This document shows, piece after piece, positions 63,401 through 64,000 of a stretch of 64,000 nucleotides of DNA (position 1 is its first letter; each line of letters opens with the position of its first letter). Location: assembly GCA_027923505.1 (NCBI GenBank), contig BROI01000001.1, forward strand, positions 2,108,001-2,172,000, in the 5' to 3' direction. Origin of the DNA: Mayamaea pseudoterrestris. Lineage: Eukaryota. The position numbers and the translations under genes were made by a program. Below the pieces are notes generated by a model that was given only the letters and a program-made list of their open reading frames with translations, searched no databases and was not told the origin of the DNA.

Positions 63401-64000
63401 AGACACCAGCCAAGCCTACCATCTTGTAGCGCAGCCTGAATAATGATGTTGGCACCATTCTGGTGTATTTCTGGCACCTATAGGGCCTGCTGTAGGGGCA
63501 TTTGAATGTCCCGGCATCTGCGGGCTGAGACTGGTGACAAGTTGTCACCAAATACATTGCCATCCCCTGAGACACCAGCCAAGCCTACCATCTTGTAGCG
63601 CAGCCTGAATAATGATGTTGGCACCATTCTGGTGTATTTTGGGCACCTACAGGGCTTGCTGTAGGGGCGTTTGAATGTCACGGCATCTGCGGGCTGAGAC
63701 TGGTGACAAGTTGTCACCAAATACATTGCCATCCCCTGAGACACCAGCCAAGCCTACCATCTTGTAGCGCAGCCTGAATAATGATGTTGGCACCATTCTG
63801 GTGTATTTTGGGCACCTACAGGGCCTGCTGTAGGGGCGTTTGAATGTCACGGCATCTGCGGGCTGAGACTGGTGACAAGTTGTCACCAAATACATTGCCA
63901 TCCCCTGAGACACCAGCCAAGCCTACCATCTTGTAGCGCAGCCTGAATAATGATGTTGGCACCATTCTGGTGTATTTTGGGCACCTACAGGGCTTGCTGT
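60400..64000. repeat. Satellite family A, homogeneous 169-bp array (~21 copies), continuing beyond the window
   Basis: Near-identical 88-aa ORFs recur every 169 bp (61112, 61281, ...). Each unit contains gctgagactggtgacaagttgtcacca. Confidence 0.97.

Noticed and set aside
61112..63913. Tandem cluster of 88-aa genes
   Set aside because: Overlapping ORFs rotating through the frames every 169 bp are a by-product of satellite A.

Overview
Eukaryotic nuclear DNA with short GT-AG introns, compact genes and signal-peptide+Phe N-termini, most consistent with a diatom-like stramenopile (inference; organism not confirmed). Bases 1-24.5 kb are gene-dense: Misato/DML1-like (partial), ATP-grasp-like, PSMA1, PCCB, an ARM-repeat protein, FKBP, RPB7, a GH99 endomannosidase-like gene, D2HGDH and several hypotheticals. 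From ~25.1 kb the window is dominated by two composite satellite blocks built from six tandem-repeat families, five with ~158-182-bp units and one with a ~348-bp unit. Block 1 (~25.09-48.82 kb) is ordered A(169)-B(177)-S162 (~21 kb, ~130 copies)-B-C(182)-D(348)-A(158/169). Block 2 (~52.3 kb to the window end) is E(172)-inverted C-A(169). A ~3.5-kb island between them holds an RluF/RluB-type pseudouridine synthase and a possible lipid-droplet protein. The very long ORFs in the track (up to 1998 aa) come from the 162-bp repeat and are probably not genes. Some out-of-register duplications and a noisy stretch inside the array may be assembly artefacts.
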